DNA of 64,000 bases from positions 32,001 to 96,000 of the forward strand of contig JARRRI010000009.1 in NCBI GenBank assembly GCA_037380845.1. The letters are read 5' to 3'. Positions 51,532 to 62,009 of this stretch are shown here, one piece after another. The DNA comes from Candidatus Sulfobium sp. Lineage in GTDB: Bacteria > Nitrospirota > Thermodesulfovibrionia > Thermodesulfovibrionales > UBA6898. The first letter of the stretch is position 1. Every line of letters starts with the position of its first letter. The translations under genes were made by a program, and so were the position numbers. The notes under the pieces are model-generated. The model saw only the letters and a list, made by a program, of their open reading frames with translations, was not told the DNA's origin and ran no database searches.

Positions 51532-52209
51532 ATGTCGAGGGTCGTATTCGACATAGAAACGACCGGCAGGGACTTCGACTCACTGGATTCCTGCGTTCAG
51601 GATTATCTGCTCAGATGGGCGGAGTCGGAGGAGGACAGGAAAGAGGTCCGGGAAAGCCTCTCGTTCTATCCCCTCACGGGTGAGATAATCACCATCGGCA
51701 TGCTGAACCCGGACACTGGCAGGGGCGTCGTTTATTTCCAGAACAATGATGATCCCCTGCTTCCCTTCGAAGAAGAAGGGCTCAGGTATGAGACCTGCAC
51801 CGAAAGGGAAATAATACAGAAATTCTGGGAGACCATAAGGACTTACGACCGCTTCGTTACCTTCAACGGACGCGGGTTCGATTGCCCCTTCATCATGATA
51901 CGCTCCGCCGTCCATGGTCTTAAACCCACCAGGGACCTTATGCCGAACAGGTATGGCGATCTCCATACAGACCTCTTTGACCAGCTTTCCTTCTTTGGGG
52001 CCTCCCGGAGGAAGTTCAGCCTGGACATGTGGTGCCGGACCTTCGGGATAAAAAGCCCGAAGGAAGCCGGGATAACAGGGTACGAGGTAAAAGACCTGTT
52101 CCGGGCCGGCAAGCATATTGATATCGCCCGGTACTGCGCCGGAGATTTGAGGGCCACGGCGGAACTGCTTTCCGTCTGGGAAAGATTAATCAAATACAGT
52201 GGCAGGTAA
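51532..52209 (+). CDS. Predicted 3'-5' exonuclease (DEDD, PolB/RNase H-like)
   Basis: VFDIET, TFNGRGFDCPF, YC..D. Confidence 0.82.
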   Translation: MSRVVFDIETTGRDFDSLDSCVQDYLLRWAESEEDRKEVRESLSFYPLTGEIITIGMLNPDTGRGVVYFQNNDDPLLPFEEEGLRYETCTEREIIQKFWETIRTYDRFVTFNGRGFDCPFIMIRSAVHGLKPTRDLMPNRYGDLHTDLFDQLSFFGASRRKFSLDMWCRTFGIKSPKEAGITGYEVKDLFRAGKHIDIARYCAGDLRATAELLSVWERLIKYSGR

Positions 52210-52279
52210 TTCCGGATAAGACTGAAACCAACTCTCCGCATCAAAAGACCCTGAAAGATTCCGGACAAGCCGGAAGGAC
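52206..52279. repeat. Degenerate REP/MITE-like element
   Basis: GTAATTCCGG...GATTCCGGACAAGCCGGAAGGAC between convergent genes. Confidence 0.5.
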
Positions 52280-52328
52280 AAATTCGTGGGGTTTATGCAC
52301 CGGTCATGTTAAGAAGTCAGGCTGTTCG

Positions 52329-53375
52329 TTATCCCGAGATGTATTGATTGACCTTGTCGACCTCGAAGTCTTCGGAAAGCAGTACGTTCCGCATGAACCT
52401 GAAGATCTTCCCGCGTGTCTCCCTGCTCAAATCCGGATAAAAAACCGGATTTGCGACGACCGCCGCCCTGAACGCAAAAAAGAGGGGTGAGACCTTTGTG
52501 ATCTCCCGGTCTCCCGAAGCCCGTATGTATTCGTCGAAAAACATGGTCAGCCCTTCTTTGTAAGCCTTCCTGACATCTCCGTAGTTTTTCAGGGAGAAGA
52601 ATATGTAATTTATGGCAAGGGCGGTAACGTCGTCAGCCGGCTCTCCCCAGGGCCCGCGGCTTCGGTCGAGAAGAACGAAGTCCGCATCGCCGGTAAACCA
52701 TATGTTTCCCGGGTGAAAGTCTCCATGGATCTGAGAAAGACGGTATGTGCAAAGTTTCAGCCTGGCACGCCAGTCCACGCACAACTTTTCTACATCCGCC
52801 ATCTCTCCATAGCTCATCGTACCGTCCGGATAGAGATCAAAGACGCCCATCAGACATTCGCCGTGACCTATGGTGTCCCTCAGTTTCCGCCAGTACAGCG
52901 TTCTTGACTCTTTCTTGACTGCATGGATCTCCGCAAGATAGGAGGACAAGGCCCGTATCTTCTCCCTGTCAGCAGGTTCCAGCGAATCCCTGACAGACAT
53001 ATCAGAAAGGTCATGGAAGTAATGGCGCCCCTCGACCCTCTCCATGAGGAGGTAGTATTCTTTCCCCCCTCCGACTGACTTTATCGTACCGTCTTCCATC
53101 TCCGACAGCACATCGACAGCCCTGACATGCCGGGGCAGGTTCCCGTATTCGTCGAGGTCGAGCAGAAATACCGAGGCCCGGTCGGAAGGATAATCATGTC
53201 CCAGACCTTCGGGGAAAAGACCCTTTACGACGTAAGTCCGCCCACCTTCCGGCGTCGTCAGTTCGATAAGAAAACCCGCCCCCTGCACGCCGGCGCCGAG
53301 TTTCGTGATACGGATATCGTAGGCACCGGGAAATTCCTTCAGGAGGTAAGACCGAAGCGCACGCTCATTGACCAT
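52329..53375 (-). CDS. Aminoglycoside phosphotransferase/kinase-like protein
   Basis: HGDFHPGNI catalytic loop, LLDRSRG. Confidence 0.85.
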   Translation of the reverse strand: MVNERALRSYLLKEFPGAYDIRITKLGAGVQGAGFLIELTTPEGGRTYVVKGLFPEGLGHDYPSDRASVFLLDLDEYGNLPRHVRAVDVLSEMEDGTIKSVGGGKEYYLLMERVEGRHYFHDLSDMSVRDSLEPADREKIRALSSYLAEIHAVKKESRTLYWRKLRDTIGHGECLMGVFDLYPDGTMSYGEMADVEKLCVDWRARLKLCTYRLSQIHGDFHPGNIWFTGDADFVLLDRSRGPWGEPADDVTALAINYIFFSLKNYGDVRKAYKEGLTMFFDEYIRASGDREITKVSPLFFAFRAAVVANPVFYPDLSRETRGKIFRFMRNVLLSEDFEVDKVNQYISG

Positions 53376-53420
53376 GTCGCATACTCAAAAGGTCTTTATC
53401 CACGATATAACGTAAAAACT

Positions 53421-53690
53421 CTAACGCGGAGGGAGATCTCTGCCCTCTTCGAAATTTCTCACAAACTGACCTATCTGGACTCCCAGGTATACGCACTTTA
53501 TGTCGTTCATACAGTCGTCCGCATCCTTCTTTTCCAGATAGGTTGTCAGTTCATGGTGATCTTTCCTGAATTCAACCACGTACGCGTTTTTGCCATTGTC
53601 GAAATCCAGTCCGAGGGTTATCCCGTGCTTTTTGATTTCCGGATACATCTCCCGTATCTTGTCCTTCAGCTCTTCATCCGTGTAAGCCAT
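53421..53690 (-). CDS. Small hypothetical protein
   Basis: AGGAGG SD, TTGACA-16 nt-TAAGGT promoter; MAYTDEELKDKIREMYPEI... Confidence 0.75.
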   Translation of the reverse strand: MAYTDEELKDKIREMYPEIKKHGITLGLDFDNGKNAYVVEFRKDHHELTTYLEKKDADDCMNDIKCVYLGVQIGQFVRNFEEGRDLPPR

Positions 53691-53781
53691 CGCGGACCTC
53701 CTGTAGGTTTGCTTATTAAACCTTATCTCATTTTGAGGCAATGTCAATCCTTCGAAAGAGCGGTGCCGGTTTTAGCCCGGA

Positions 53782-53956
53782 TTATTCATGAAATGTGGTA
53801 GACGCGAAAGGACACAGTATTTTTGCTCATTCTCGGTCGTTACGACCTCCGAGGAACTTGCCCTCTTTATTTTGGGATACACAATGTCTGAATATCGGGC
53901 AAGTAAAACCATTCAAACACTATGTCCTTCCGCCATGCAGGGAAATTTGTGAATAA
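53782..53956 (-). ncRNA. Candidate structured RNA or MITE-like hairpin element
   Basis: 19-bp helix 53804-53822/53915-53933 whose 3 plus-strand mismatches are all G-U pairs on the minus strand; nested 8-bp and 5-bp stems; 7-bp outer stem. Confidence 0.5.
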
Positions 53957-54151
53957 AGTGGGTTAATGATTAGTGTCGGCAAGGACCGACGTGTAAAGGG
54001 CAGTTATGAAGGTTGTCACAGTAGCCCAAACATGGCCGGCCGGTCATTCCCGGGAAGGCGGGGCAGACAAGGAACCGCGGCAGTCTGATACAGCGGGAGA
54101 GATGTCAAAGCCTGCACTGATGACTGAAACCGATGCCCTGGCCTCAGGCAT

Positions 54152-55090
54152 TTACGCTTCCAGCGCGCCGAAGCTCCCGGTGTATCGTCCCAGAAACTCC
54201 TGATAAGTGAAAAAGTGTTCCTGGGTCCCATATTTCTCTACAGCATATGAAGCGGCTGCTGCGCCCATCTGAGCGGCCGTCCTGATGTCGCTGCCGCTGA
54301 CAAGACCCTTGAGCAGCCCGCCCCTGTAAGCGTCCCCCGCTCCTGTCGGATCTACAACGTTCAGGGCCCTGGCCACCCCTATTCTCTCGTCGGCATCGGC
54401 CGTGCTTATCAGGGAACCCTTCTCTCCCAGCGTGGTTATGAGTGTCTTTGTCAGGCCGAGAAGACCTTTCTTGTCCAGCCCGGTCATCTTCATTATGAGA
54501 TCGAGTTCGTAGTCATTGGAGATCAGCATCAGCGAACCGCTCAGCCAGTCCCTGAGGGCGGTCCCGTCCCAGGCCGTGAGGGACTGGCCCGGATCGCAGA
54601 TGAAAGGTATGCCCCTCTTCCTGTATTCTTTTGCGTATTCGGCCATGTCGTCGAGGTTGCCCGGCGCGATAAGGCCGATCGAATCGCCGGGGCCTGCGTC
54701 GTTGAACCGGTGTTCCGATCGGCGCTTCATGGCGCCCGGATTGAACCCGGTGATCTGGTTGTCCGACAGGTCCGTGGTAATATAGGCCCCCGCGGTAAAC
54801 TCTTCCTCGATTATCTTTATTCCACCGGTCGGGATGTTGTTCTTCTTGAGCCAGTCGAAATAAGCTTGATAGTCTTTTCCGATTGTCGCAAGGACAAGCG
54901 GCTTCTCTTCCAGCAGACTGAGCGAATAGGCGATGTTGCCCGCAGTACCGCCGAATTTTTCGACCATCCCGTTAACAGTAAAACAGACGTTAAGTATATG
55001 AATCTTGTCGGGCATTATGTGGTCCGAGAATTTCCCCGGGAAATCCATGATCCTGTCGTATGCGAGCGACCCAGAGATATAGATATTCAT
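54152..55090 (-). CDS. PfkB-family carbohydrate/nucleoside kinase (adenosine kinase-like)
   Basis: GSLAYD, FGGTAGNIAY, NDYE, DPTGAGDAYRGG. Confidence 0.9.
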   Translation of the reverse strand: MNIYISGSLAYDRIMDFPGKFSDHIMPDKIHILNVCFTVNGMVEKFGGTAGNIAYSLSLLEEKPLVLATIGKDYQAYFDWLKKNNIPTGGIKIIEEEFTAGAYITTDLSDNQITGFNPGAMKRRSEHRFNDAGPGDSIGLIAPGNLDDMAEYAKEYRKRGIPFICDPGQSLTAWDGTALRDWLSGSLMLISNDYELDLIMKMTGLDKKGLLGLTKTLITTLGEKGSLISTADADERIGVARALNVVDPTGAGDAYRGGLLKGLVSGSDIRTAAQMGAAAASYAVEKYGTQEHFFTYQEFLGRYTGSFGALEA

Positions 55091-56850
55091 TGCGCCTCCT
55101 TCTTCGTTTTGTCTTCAGCCAGGGAATCGAGGACACTTTCGGCCAGTTTTCTGTTAAAACCCTTCACCGAAGAAATCTCTTCTATTGTTGATTTTCTGAT
55201 GGCTTCTATACTACCAAAATGTCTCAGCAATTCAAAACGCCGCTTCCGGGCTATTCCGGGTATCTTTTCGAGGGGCGACTCAAACGCCTGCTTCGCCCGG
55301 CGTTTCTTATGATAGCGGATCGCAAAGCGGTGGGCCTCGTCCCTGATCCTCCTCAGGAGCAGGGCGGCCCTGCCTTCTTCAAGGCTAATGGGCTCTTTCC
55401 TGCCGGGAAGAAAGGCCCTGTCAGGGTCTTTGGCAACGGCGATCACAGCCCTTCCGGCGGTATCCCTTTCTCCGAAGGCTTCGAGAGCCGCATCGAGATG
55501 TGCCCTCCCGCCGTCGATTATTATGAGGTCCGGCAATTCCATTGGCGGCGAGGGGCGGGAAGTAAGTCGGGAGGACGTCTCGCCGCCTCCGGCGACTTCC
55601 GACGTTCGACTCCCGACTTCTGACTTGATAAATGTCCTTCTGATCATCTCCCGCATCATCGCATAATCATCAGGGCCCTCGACTGAATCCATCCTGATAT
55701 GCCGGTAATTCTCCTTCCTGAACTCCCCGTCGGCCCAGTATACAAAAGACCCAACAGGCTCTTTGCCGGAGATATTCGAGATATCGAATGCCCCTATATC
55801 ATGCGGCGGAAAGGGGAGCTTAAGAAGCATGGCGACGTCGTCCATAAGCCCGGTCCTTCCCTGCTCATCTTCCGTGCCGGCAAGGATCCGTGCATTCTCT
55901 TCGGCCATCTCTACGAGCTTTCTCCTGAGCCCTCTCACCGGCTTTTTGACCTTCACGGTCCCGCCCTTCCTCAGGGAGAGCCATGAAGAAAGTGCGGCCG
56001 CATCTTCGGGCATTTCTGAACAAAGCATCTCTACACCGTTTCTTATGAACAGTACCTTCAGGACGCAGGTGTTTTCTTTCCTGTGCAGTCCGATGACATC
56101 CACGTCACCCAGACCGGGGGCCACAGCCTTCTGCAATTCCGTGACCTTCCTTATCGCCGTGATCCGGTCTCTCTCCACGGCCGCGTCCTCGTAGCGCATT
56201 TCTTCAGAGAGCCGTCTCATCCTCCTTTCGAGGGATTCGACAAGCCCTTTGTTCTTCCCTTCCAGGAGGAGTTTCACCTCGTTCACCATGGCCAGGTATT
56301 CCCTGTGGTCGATCCTGCCGGAACAGGGAGCAACGCACTTCTTTATCTGGCTCTCGATGCAGGGCCGCACCGGCTTGTCAAGGGTCCGCCGGCAGGTCCT
56401 GATATGGAAATTGTTCCGGATAAAGGAGAGTATGCTCCACATCGCGCCCGCGGGCACATAAGGACCAAAGTAGCGGGCGCCGTCCTTCTGTATCCTTCTC
56501 ACCACCTCGATGCAGGGCCATTTCTCATTTACTGTGAGCTTCAGATAGGGATAACTCTTGTCGTCCCTGAGCAGGACGTTATACCGGGGTCTGTACCGCT
56601 TGATCAGGTTGGCCTCAAGGATGAATGCTTCGAGTTCGTTGGCAGTAACGGTGTACTCGAAGTCGGCCACCTCCCTGACCATGGACGACTTCCTGGAATC
56701 GAGGACGGCCGCTTTCTGGAAATAACTCCTGAGCCTGTTCCTGAGGCCCTTCGCCTTGCCCACATAAAGGATCGTGCCGTTCCCGTCCCTGAAAAGGTAG
56801 ACTCCGGGCTTTTCAGGGACAAGCCTGAGTCTTTCCGTTATGCCCGGCAC
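55087..56850 (-). CDS. uvrC: Excinuclease ABC subunit C, with an apparent internal deletion and an in-frame repeat insertion
   Basis: GIY-YIG (PGVY..YVGKA), DISN, PDDY, IDGG, RDEAHRFA, HhH. Confidence 0.95.
   Translation of the reverse strand: MPGITERLRLVPEKPGVYLFRDGNGTILYVGKAKGLRNRLRSYFQKAAVLDSRKSSMVREVADFEYTVTANELEAFILEANLIKRYRPRYNVLLRDDKSYPYLKLTVNEKWPCIEVVRRIQKDGARYFGPYVPAGAMWSILSFIRNNFHIRTCRRTLDKPVRPCIESQIKKCVAPCSGRIDHREYLAMVNEVKLLLEGKNKGLVESLERRMRRLSEEMRYEDAAVERDRITAIRKVTELQKAVAPGLGDVDVIGLHRKENTCVLKVLFIRNGVEMLCSEMPEDAAALSSWLSLRKGGTVKVKKPVRGLRRKLVEMAEENARILAGTEDEQGRTGLMDDVAMLLKLPFPPHDIGAFDISNISGKEPVGSFVYWADGEFRKENYRHIRMDSVEGPDDYAMMREMIRRTFIKSEVGSRTSEVAGGGETSSRLTSRPSPPMELPDLIIIDGGRAHLDAALEAFGERDTAGRAVIAVAKDPDRAFLPGRKEPISLEEGRAALLLRRIRDEAHRFAIRYHKKRRAKQAFESPLEKIPGIARKRRFELLRHFGSIEAIRKSTIEEISSVKGFNRKLAESVLDSLAEDKTKKEAQ
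55547..55627 (-). repeat. Two-armed heptamer-repeat insertion in-frame in uvrC
   Basis: AAGTCAG AAGTCGG GAGTCGA ACGTCGG AAGTCGC, spacer, CCTCCCG ACTTACT TCCCGCC CCTCGCC; encodes KSEVGSRTSEVAGGGETSSRLTSRPSP. Confidence 0.7.
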
Positions 56851-56855
56851 GGCCC

Positions 56856-57413
56856 TTATTTCTTGCCTTCCGCCTTCAGCCTCTCTATTTCCATCTTGAT
56901 CCTGCCGGCATCGGCGGCATTGGGGGCCAGGGCGAGCGCCTTTTCGAACTGTGTTATAGCCCCCTTGTTGTCCTTCATATCATAGGCGAGGACAATGGCA
57001 AGATTCTTGTGGGCGGTGATGTGGTTGGGTTCTATTTCAATTGCCTTCCTGAATTCCCTGGCCGCAATCTCCGGCCGGCCGGTCCTTCTGTAACAGATGC
57101 CCATGTCCACTCTTACATTCACATCCCTGGGCTCCAGGGCAAGGGCCTTCTGATAGGCATCGATGGCTTCATCGTAGCGCGCGCCGTCCATAAGGTCGTT
57201 GCCGAGTTTTATCCAGACCTCTGCGTTGCCCGGATCATTTTTTACCTCCTCCTGGAGAAGCCTGATTTCATCGAACGTCTGCACGGGCGGCCCGGTCTCC
57301 ACCGTTCCTGCAGGGTAGCTGGTTCCGGCCTCCTGATCTTCTTTTTTCTGGCATGCCGCAAACAGCAGGGCAAAGGCAAACAGCATTAATATGATCACAG
57401 TAATTCTTTTCAT
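56856..57413 (-). CDS. TPR-repeat lipoprotein
   Basis: GGAGGAG SD, lipobox FAAC, three TPR motifs. Confidence 0.85.
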   Translation of the reverse strand: MKRITVIILMLFAFALLFAACQKKEDQEAGTSYPAGTVETGPPVQTFDEIRLLQEEVKNDPGNAEVWIKLGNDLMDGARYDEAIDAYQKALALEPRDVNVRVDMGICYRRTGRPEIAAREFRKAIEIEPNHITAHKNLAIVLAYDMKDNKGAITQFEKALALAPNAADAGRIKMEIERLKAEGKK

Positions 57414-57507
57414 CTCTCCTCCGTGTTGCTTAGTGTCAGTGCCGATAATCATGTCAGCAAAAAATAAAGCACCTTTTGAAAACTGACACTGATGACGACC
57501 GGCGCGG

Positions 57508-58494
57508 TCACTGTTTATCCGTATCGCTGACGACGCTCCCTATCTTCTTCAGCCTCTTGTATCTGTCCTCGATAAGCTTGGCAGGGGTCCTCGTCTTCAG
57601 TTCCTCCAGGACTTCCAGTATTTTGTCGGACACGTTTCGAGCAGTCTGTTCGGGGTTTCGGTGCGCACCTCCCGCAGGTTCGGGTATTATGTCGTCTATG
57701 ATCTTGAACCTCAGCAGGTCCTGAGCCGTCATTTTCAAAGCCTCTGCCGCCCTGGAAAAATCCTCGCTACTGAGATCTCCGTTTTTCTTCCAGAGGATCG
57801 CCGCGCAGCCTTCAGGCGATATGACGGAATAGACTGAATGTTCGAGCATAAACAGCCTGTCAGCCACACTCAGGGCCAATGCGCCGCCGCTTCCCCCTTC
57901 GCCGATCACCACCGATATTATCGGGATCCTCAGCCGGGACATATTCATGAGATTCTCCGCGATCGCCTCCCCCTGGCCTCTCTCCTCCGCGCCGATCCCC
58001 GGATACGCCCCCGGGGTATCCACAAGGGTAATCACCGGTCGCCTGCACCTGTCGGCAAGCTCCATCAACCTGAGCGCCTTTCTGTAACCCTCAGGATGGG
58101 GCTGCCCGAAATTGCGCCGGATCCTCTCTTTCGTCCCCCGTCCTTTCTGGTGGCCGATGATAACGACCGGATTGTTCTTGATCCTGGCGATACCCCCCAC
58201 GACGGACTTGTCGTCGCCGAACCTCCTGTCGCCGTGCAGCTCGACAAAATCTTCAGCAATAAGTCCGATATAGTCGAGGGTATAGGGCCTGTCCGGATGT
58301 CTTGCCAGCTGGGTCTTCTGCCAAGGGGTAAGCTTCGAAAATATATCGGTGCAGACGTCCTTCACCTTCTTTTCGAGTTTCTTCACCTCTCCGGAAAGGT
58401 TGACGTCCTTGCCGTCGGAGATCCTCTTCATCTCCTCTATCTTCAGTTCCAGGTCCTCGATTGGCTTTTCGAAGTCCAGGTAATTCTTTATCAC
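57508..58494 (-). CDS. accA: Acetyl-CoA carboxylase carboxyltransferase alpha
   Basis: [38 protein letters not shown]. Confidence 0.97.
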   Translation of the reverse strand: MIKNYLDFEKPIEDLELKIEEMKRISDGKDVNLSGEVKKLEKKVKDVCTDIFSKLTPWQKTQLARHPDRPYTLDYIGLIAEDFVELHGDRRFGDDKSVVGGIARIKNNPVVIIGHQKGRGTKERIRRNFGQPHPEGYRKALRLMELADRCRRPVITLVDTPGAYPGIGAEERGQGEAIAENLMNMSRLRIPIISVVIGEGGSGGALALSVADRLFMLEHSVYSVISPEGCAAILWKKNGDLSSEDFSRAAEALKMTAQDLLRFKIIDDIIPEPAGGAHRNPEQTARNVSDKILEVLEELKTRTPAKLIEDRYKRLKKIGSVVSDTDKQ

Positions 58495-61400
58495 GAAACG
58501 CTCACCGCTCCTTTTCCCACCAGTTCCTCCAGTATGCCCACCAGGGCGCTGTCGGGCCTTACGCGGCAGCAGGTGGCAATTGTAGTCTGTATGCCGTCCA
58601 GCCTGATCCTGAGATACAGCTGCAGGTCACCGGGATAACGGTCTGCCGCCTCTCTGATTTCGGAAAGCCTGTCGTTGCAGGCAGCGAGGTCTTCGATCGA
58701 CAGCTCCAGCTTCCTGAATGACTGCCGGCCGGCTTCATCCAGGCCGGAGACCTCCCGAGCCCTTACACGGACGCCCTTTTCATCCTTGTCTATGTTCCCC
58801 TTCACCAGTACGGCCTCGTCCTTCGTCAGCAGTCCGTTTGTTTTCTTGTAGAGGTCGGGGAACACAATCACTTCCACGCTGCCTTCAACGTCTTCAAGTG
58901 TAACATAGGCCATCATGTCGCCCGTGGATTTTACGTTTTTCTTCTTCAAGGCCCTCAGTATGCCCGCCACCGCCACCTCTTCCCTGTCGACGGCATTCTC
59001 CAGATCAGACGTCTTCCTGGCCCTCAGCCGCGCGAGCTTCTTTTCATATTTCGTAAGCGGATGCCCGGTGATATAGAAGCCGAGGGCCTCCTTCTCGTTC
59101 TTCAGCAGTTCGGCCTCTTCCCACTCTTCAGCCGGTGCCGCCGGTTCCGGCATCTCGTCCCCAAAGATGCTCGTTTGTCCCGGGTCCTTCCTTCCCCCGC
59201 CGTTCAGGGCTTCGGAAACGGTCTTCATCGCAGCAGCCCTGGTCACGCCCAGAGAATCAAAGGCGCCGGCTTTCACCAGGCTCTCCAGGACCTTCTTGTT
59301 CACCCTGCGGGCATCGATGCGCCCTGTGAAATCGCTCACAGACAGGAAAGGCCCCCCCTCGGTACGCGCGTTCACGATGGATTCTATGGCAGCCGAGCCC
59401 ACCCCTTTCACCGCTTCGAGCCCGAAGCGGATGGAGTTTTCGATCACCGTGAACTCCCTTCCCGAAAGGTTTATGTCGGGCGGCAGCATTTCCACCTTCA
59501 TCTTCCGGCACTCGTTTATGGATTTCACGATCTTGTCGGTATCGTTCATGTCCGTGCTGAGAGTAGCAGCCATAAACTCTACCGGATAATGGGCCTTCAG
59601 ATAAGCCGTCTGGAAGGACACGAAGGCATAGGCGGCGGAATGGGATTTATTAAAACCGTATTCCGCGAAGAGCTCCATGAGGTCGAATATTCTCACCGCC
59701 TTCTTTTCGGATATGCCGTTGGACTTCGCTCCGTTTATGAAATGCTCCTTCTGCTTCGCCATCACTTCGGCGTTCTTCTTGCCCATGGCCTTCCTCAGTA
59801 TATCTGCCTGGCCGAGCGAAAAGTTCGCCAGCCTGTTGGCGATCCGCATAACCTGCTCCTGGTAAAGGATGACCCCGTAAGTCTCATCGAGTATCTCTTT
59901 CAGCTGGGGGAGTTCATACTTCACGGCGACCTTCCCCTTCTTACGCTTTATGAAATCGTCTATCATGCCGCTGCCGATGGGGCCCGGTCTGTAGAGTGCT
60001 ACCAGCGCGATAAGATCTTCGAACCTGTTGGGCGACATCTTGAGCAATATGTCCCTCATGCCCGCACTTTCAAGCTGGAATATTCCGGTAGTCTGCCCGG
60101 AACTCAGAAGCTCGTAAGTCGCAGGGTCGTCAAGGGGTATGTCCTCGAGCGACAATTTCTTGCCCCCCTGCGTGATATGGTCAAGGGTCTTCCGGATCAC
60201 GGTGAGCGTCTTCAGGCCGAGGAAATCGAACTTCAGCAGGCCTATTCCCTCCACAGAGCCCATGTCGAACTGCGTCATGATGCTGTCGTCGGAGGGGCTT
60301 TTGTAAAGCGGAGTGTACTCAGTCAGCGGCACTGGGGATATTACAACCCCAGCCGCGTGCGTGGAGGCATGCCTGTTAAGACCTTCGAGGCGCGTGGCGA
60401 CATCAAGAAGCTGCCTGATTTCGCTGTTTTTTTCGTATAGTTCTTTCAGCTGCGGCTCCGCCTTGATAGCCTCCCCGATCGTTATCTTCAGGGTATTGGG
60501 TACAAGCTTGGCGATCTTGTCGACTTCCGCATAGGGCATGTCCATCGCCCGGCCCACGTCGCGTATTGCCGCCTTCGCGGCCATCGTGCCGAAGGTGATT
60601 ATCTGGGCCACCCGGTCCTTTCCGTATTTTTCGGATACGTAGTTTATAACCTCTCCCCTTCTGTCCTGGCAGAAGTCCACGTCGATATCCGGCATGCTTA
60701 TCCTCTCGGGATTCAGGAACCTCTCAAAAAGAAGGTTGTATTTTATCGGATCGATCTCGGTGATGCCGATGCAGTAGGAGACGAGACTCCCCGCCGCCGA
60801 ACCTCTGCCGGGTCCCACCGGGATGCCCCTGCCCCGGGCATAGCTTATGAAATCCCACACTATAAGGAAGTAAGAGGCATATCCCATCTTCCTGATTACC
60901 TCGAGTTCGGTCTCCAGCCTCTCCCGGTAGATGTCGGGTACTACCCCGAATTTCTTTTCCAGACCACCCTTTGCGAGTCTCGTCAGAAATTCCTCCGGAC
61001 TTTCGCCGCCTTCCACTTCGTACTTCGGCAGCAAGAAATCTCCCATCCTGAAATCCACATTGCAGCGCTCCGCTATGGCGCGGGTGTTCGTGATCGCCTC
61101 GGGCACGTCCCTGAATGCCTCTTTCATCTCCTCCGGCGACTTGAAATAGAACTCGTCAGTGCTGAACCTCATCCGGTTTGCATCCTTGAGTGTCTTACCC
61201 GTCTGGATGCAGAGGAGGATTTCGTGGGCGCGGGCGTCCTCCCTGTTCAGGTAGTGACAGTCGTTAGTCGCAACCAGGCCGATATGGAGTTCCCGAGCCA
61301 GTTCTATCAGCTTCTTATTGGCCTCGGTCTGCTCCGGCAGCCCGTTTTCCTGTATCTCGATATAGAAGTTCTCAGGCCCGAGGACATGCTTGAACTGAAG

Positions 61401-61889
61401 GGCCCTCTCCCTTGCCCTGTCTATGTAACCCCGCTGAAGGTAATATGGGATTTCCCCCTTCAGACAGGCGGAAAGGCCTATAAGACCGCCGCTGTACTGC
61501 TCCAGAAGGGCCATGTCGATCCTTGGTTTGTAGTAAAACCCCTCCAGATAGGCATGGGTTACGAGAGTGACGAGGTTTTTATACCCTGCATTGTCCCTGG
61601 CAAGGAGGACGAGGTGAAAAGACGCCTCCTCGTTCTCCGTATTTCCCTTGTCCAGCCTGCTCCCGGGCGCAACATAGACCTCGCAGCCGATTATCGGCTT
61701 TAGTCCGGCCTTTGTCACCAGCCTGTAGAATTCAACCGCGCCGAAGAGGTTGCCGTGGTCCGTCATCGAGACGGCGGGCATTTTAAACTCCTCGGCCTTC
61801 TTCACCAGCTCCTTTATCCTTATAGCACCGTCCAGCAGGCTGTACTCAGTGTGGAGGTGGAGGGAGACATAGTCCGAGTGTGAATGCAT
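58491..61889 (-). CDS. dnaE: DNA polymerase III alpha subunit
   Basis: [39 protein letters not shown] fold. Confidence 0.98.
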   Translation of the reverse strand: MHSHSDYVSLHLHTEYSLLDGAIRIKELVKKAEEFKMPAVSMTDHGNLFGAVEFYRLVTKAGLKPIIGCEVYVAPGSRLDKGNTENEEASFHLVLLARDNAGYKNLVTLVTHAYLEGFYYKPRIDMALLEQYSGGLIGLSACLKGEIPYYLQRGYIDRARERALQFKHVLGPENFYIEIQENGLPEQTEANKKLIELARELHIGLVATNDCHYLNREDARAHEILLCIQTGKTLKDANRMRFSTDEFYFKSPEEMKEAFRDVPEAITNTRAIAERCNVDFRMGDFLLPKYEVEGGESPEEFLTRLAKGGLEKKFGVVPDIYRERLETELEVIRKMGYASYFLIVWDFISYARGRGIPVGPGRGSAAGSLVSYCIGITEIDPIKYNLLFERFLNPERISMPDIDVDFCQDRRGEVINYVSEKYGKDRVAQIITFGTMAAKAAIRDVGRAMDMPYAEVDKIAKLVPNTLKITIGEAIKAEPQLKELYEKNSEIRQLLDVATRLEGLNRHASTHAAGVVISPVPLTEYTPLYKSPSDDSIMTQFDMGSVEGIGLLKFDFLGLKTLTVIRKTLDHITQGGKKLSLEDIPLDDPATYELLSSGQTTGIFQLESAGMRDILLKMSPNRFEDLIALVALYRPGPIGSGMIDDFIKRKKGKVAVKYELPQLKEILDETYGVILYQEQVMRIANRLANFSLGQADILRKAMGKKNAEVMAKQKEHFINGAKSNGISEKKAVRIFDLMELFAEYGFNKSHSAAYAFVSFQTAYLKAHYPVEFMAATLSTDMNDTDKIVKSINECRKMKVEMLPPDINLSGREFTVIENSIRFGLEAVKGVGSAAIESIVNARTEGGPFLSVSDFTGRIDARRVNKKVLESLVKAGAFDSLGVTRAAAMKTVSEALNGGGRKDPGQTSIFGDEMPEPAAPAEEWEEAELLKNEKEALGFYITGHPLTKYEKKLARLRARKTSDLENAVDREEVAVAGILRALKKKNVKSTGDMMAYVTLEDVEGSVEVIVFPDLYKKTNGLLTKDEAVLVKGNIDKDEKGVRVRAREVSGLDEAGRQSFRKLELSIEDLAACNDRLSEIREAADRYPGDLQLYLRIRLDGIQTTIATCCRVRPDSALVGILEELVGKGAVSVS

Positions 61890-61895
61890 ACAGAA

Positions 61896-61925
61896 ATATT
61901 AACTTTAGGGGCTGATCCAAGTCAA
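61896..61925 (-). promoter_or_regulatory. dnaE promoter (probably leaderless)
   Basis: TTGACT-18 nt-TAATAT, 6 nt before ATG, no SD. Confidence 0.65.
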
Positions 61926-62009
61926 TTGACGCCGGTACCGCAAGCCCCCTTTGCCGCAAAGGCCGCAGCCACAGGTTTTAATTGGCAAGTGTTTGATTTT
62001 GCTGTATTA

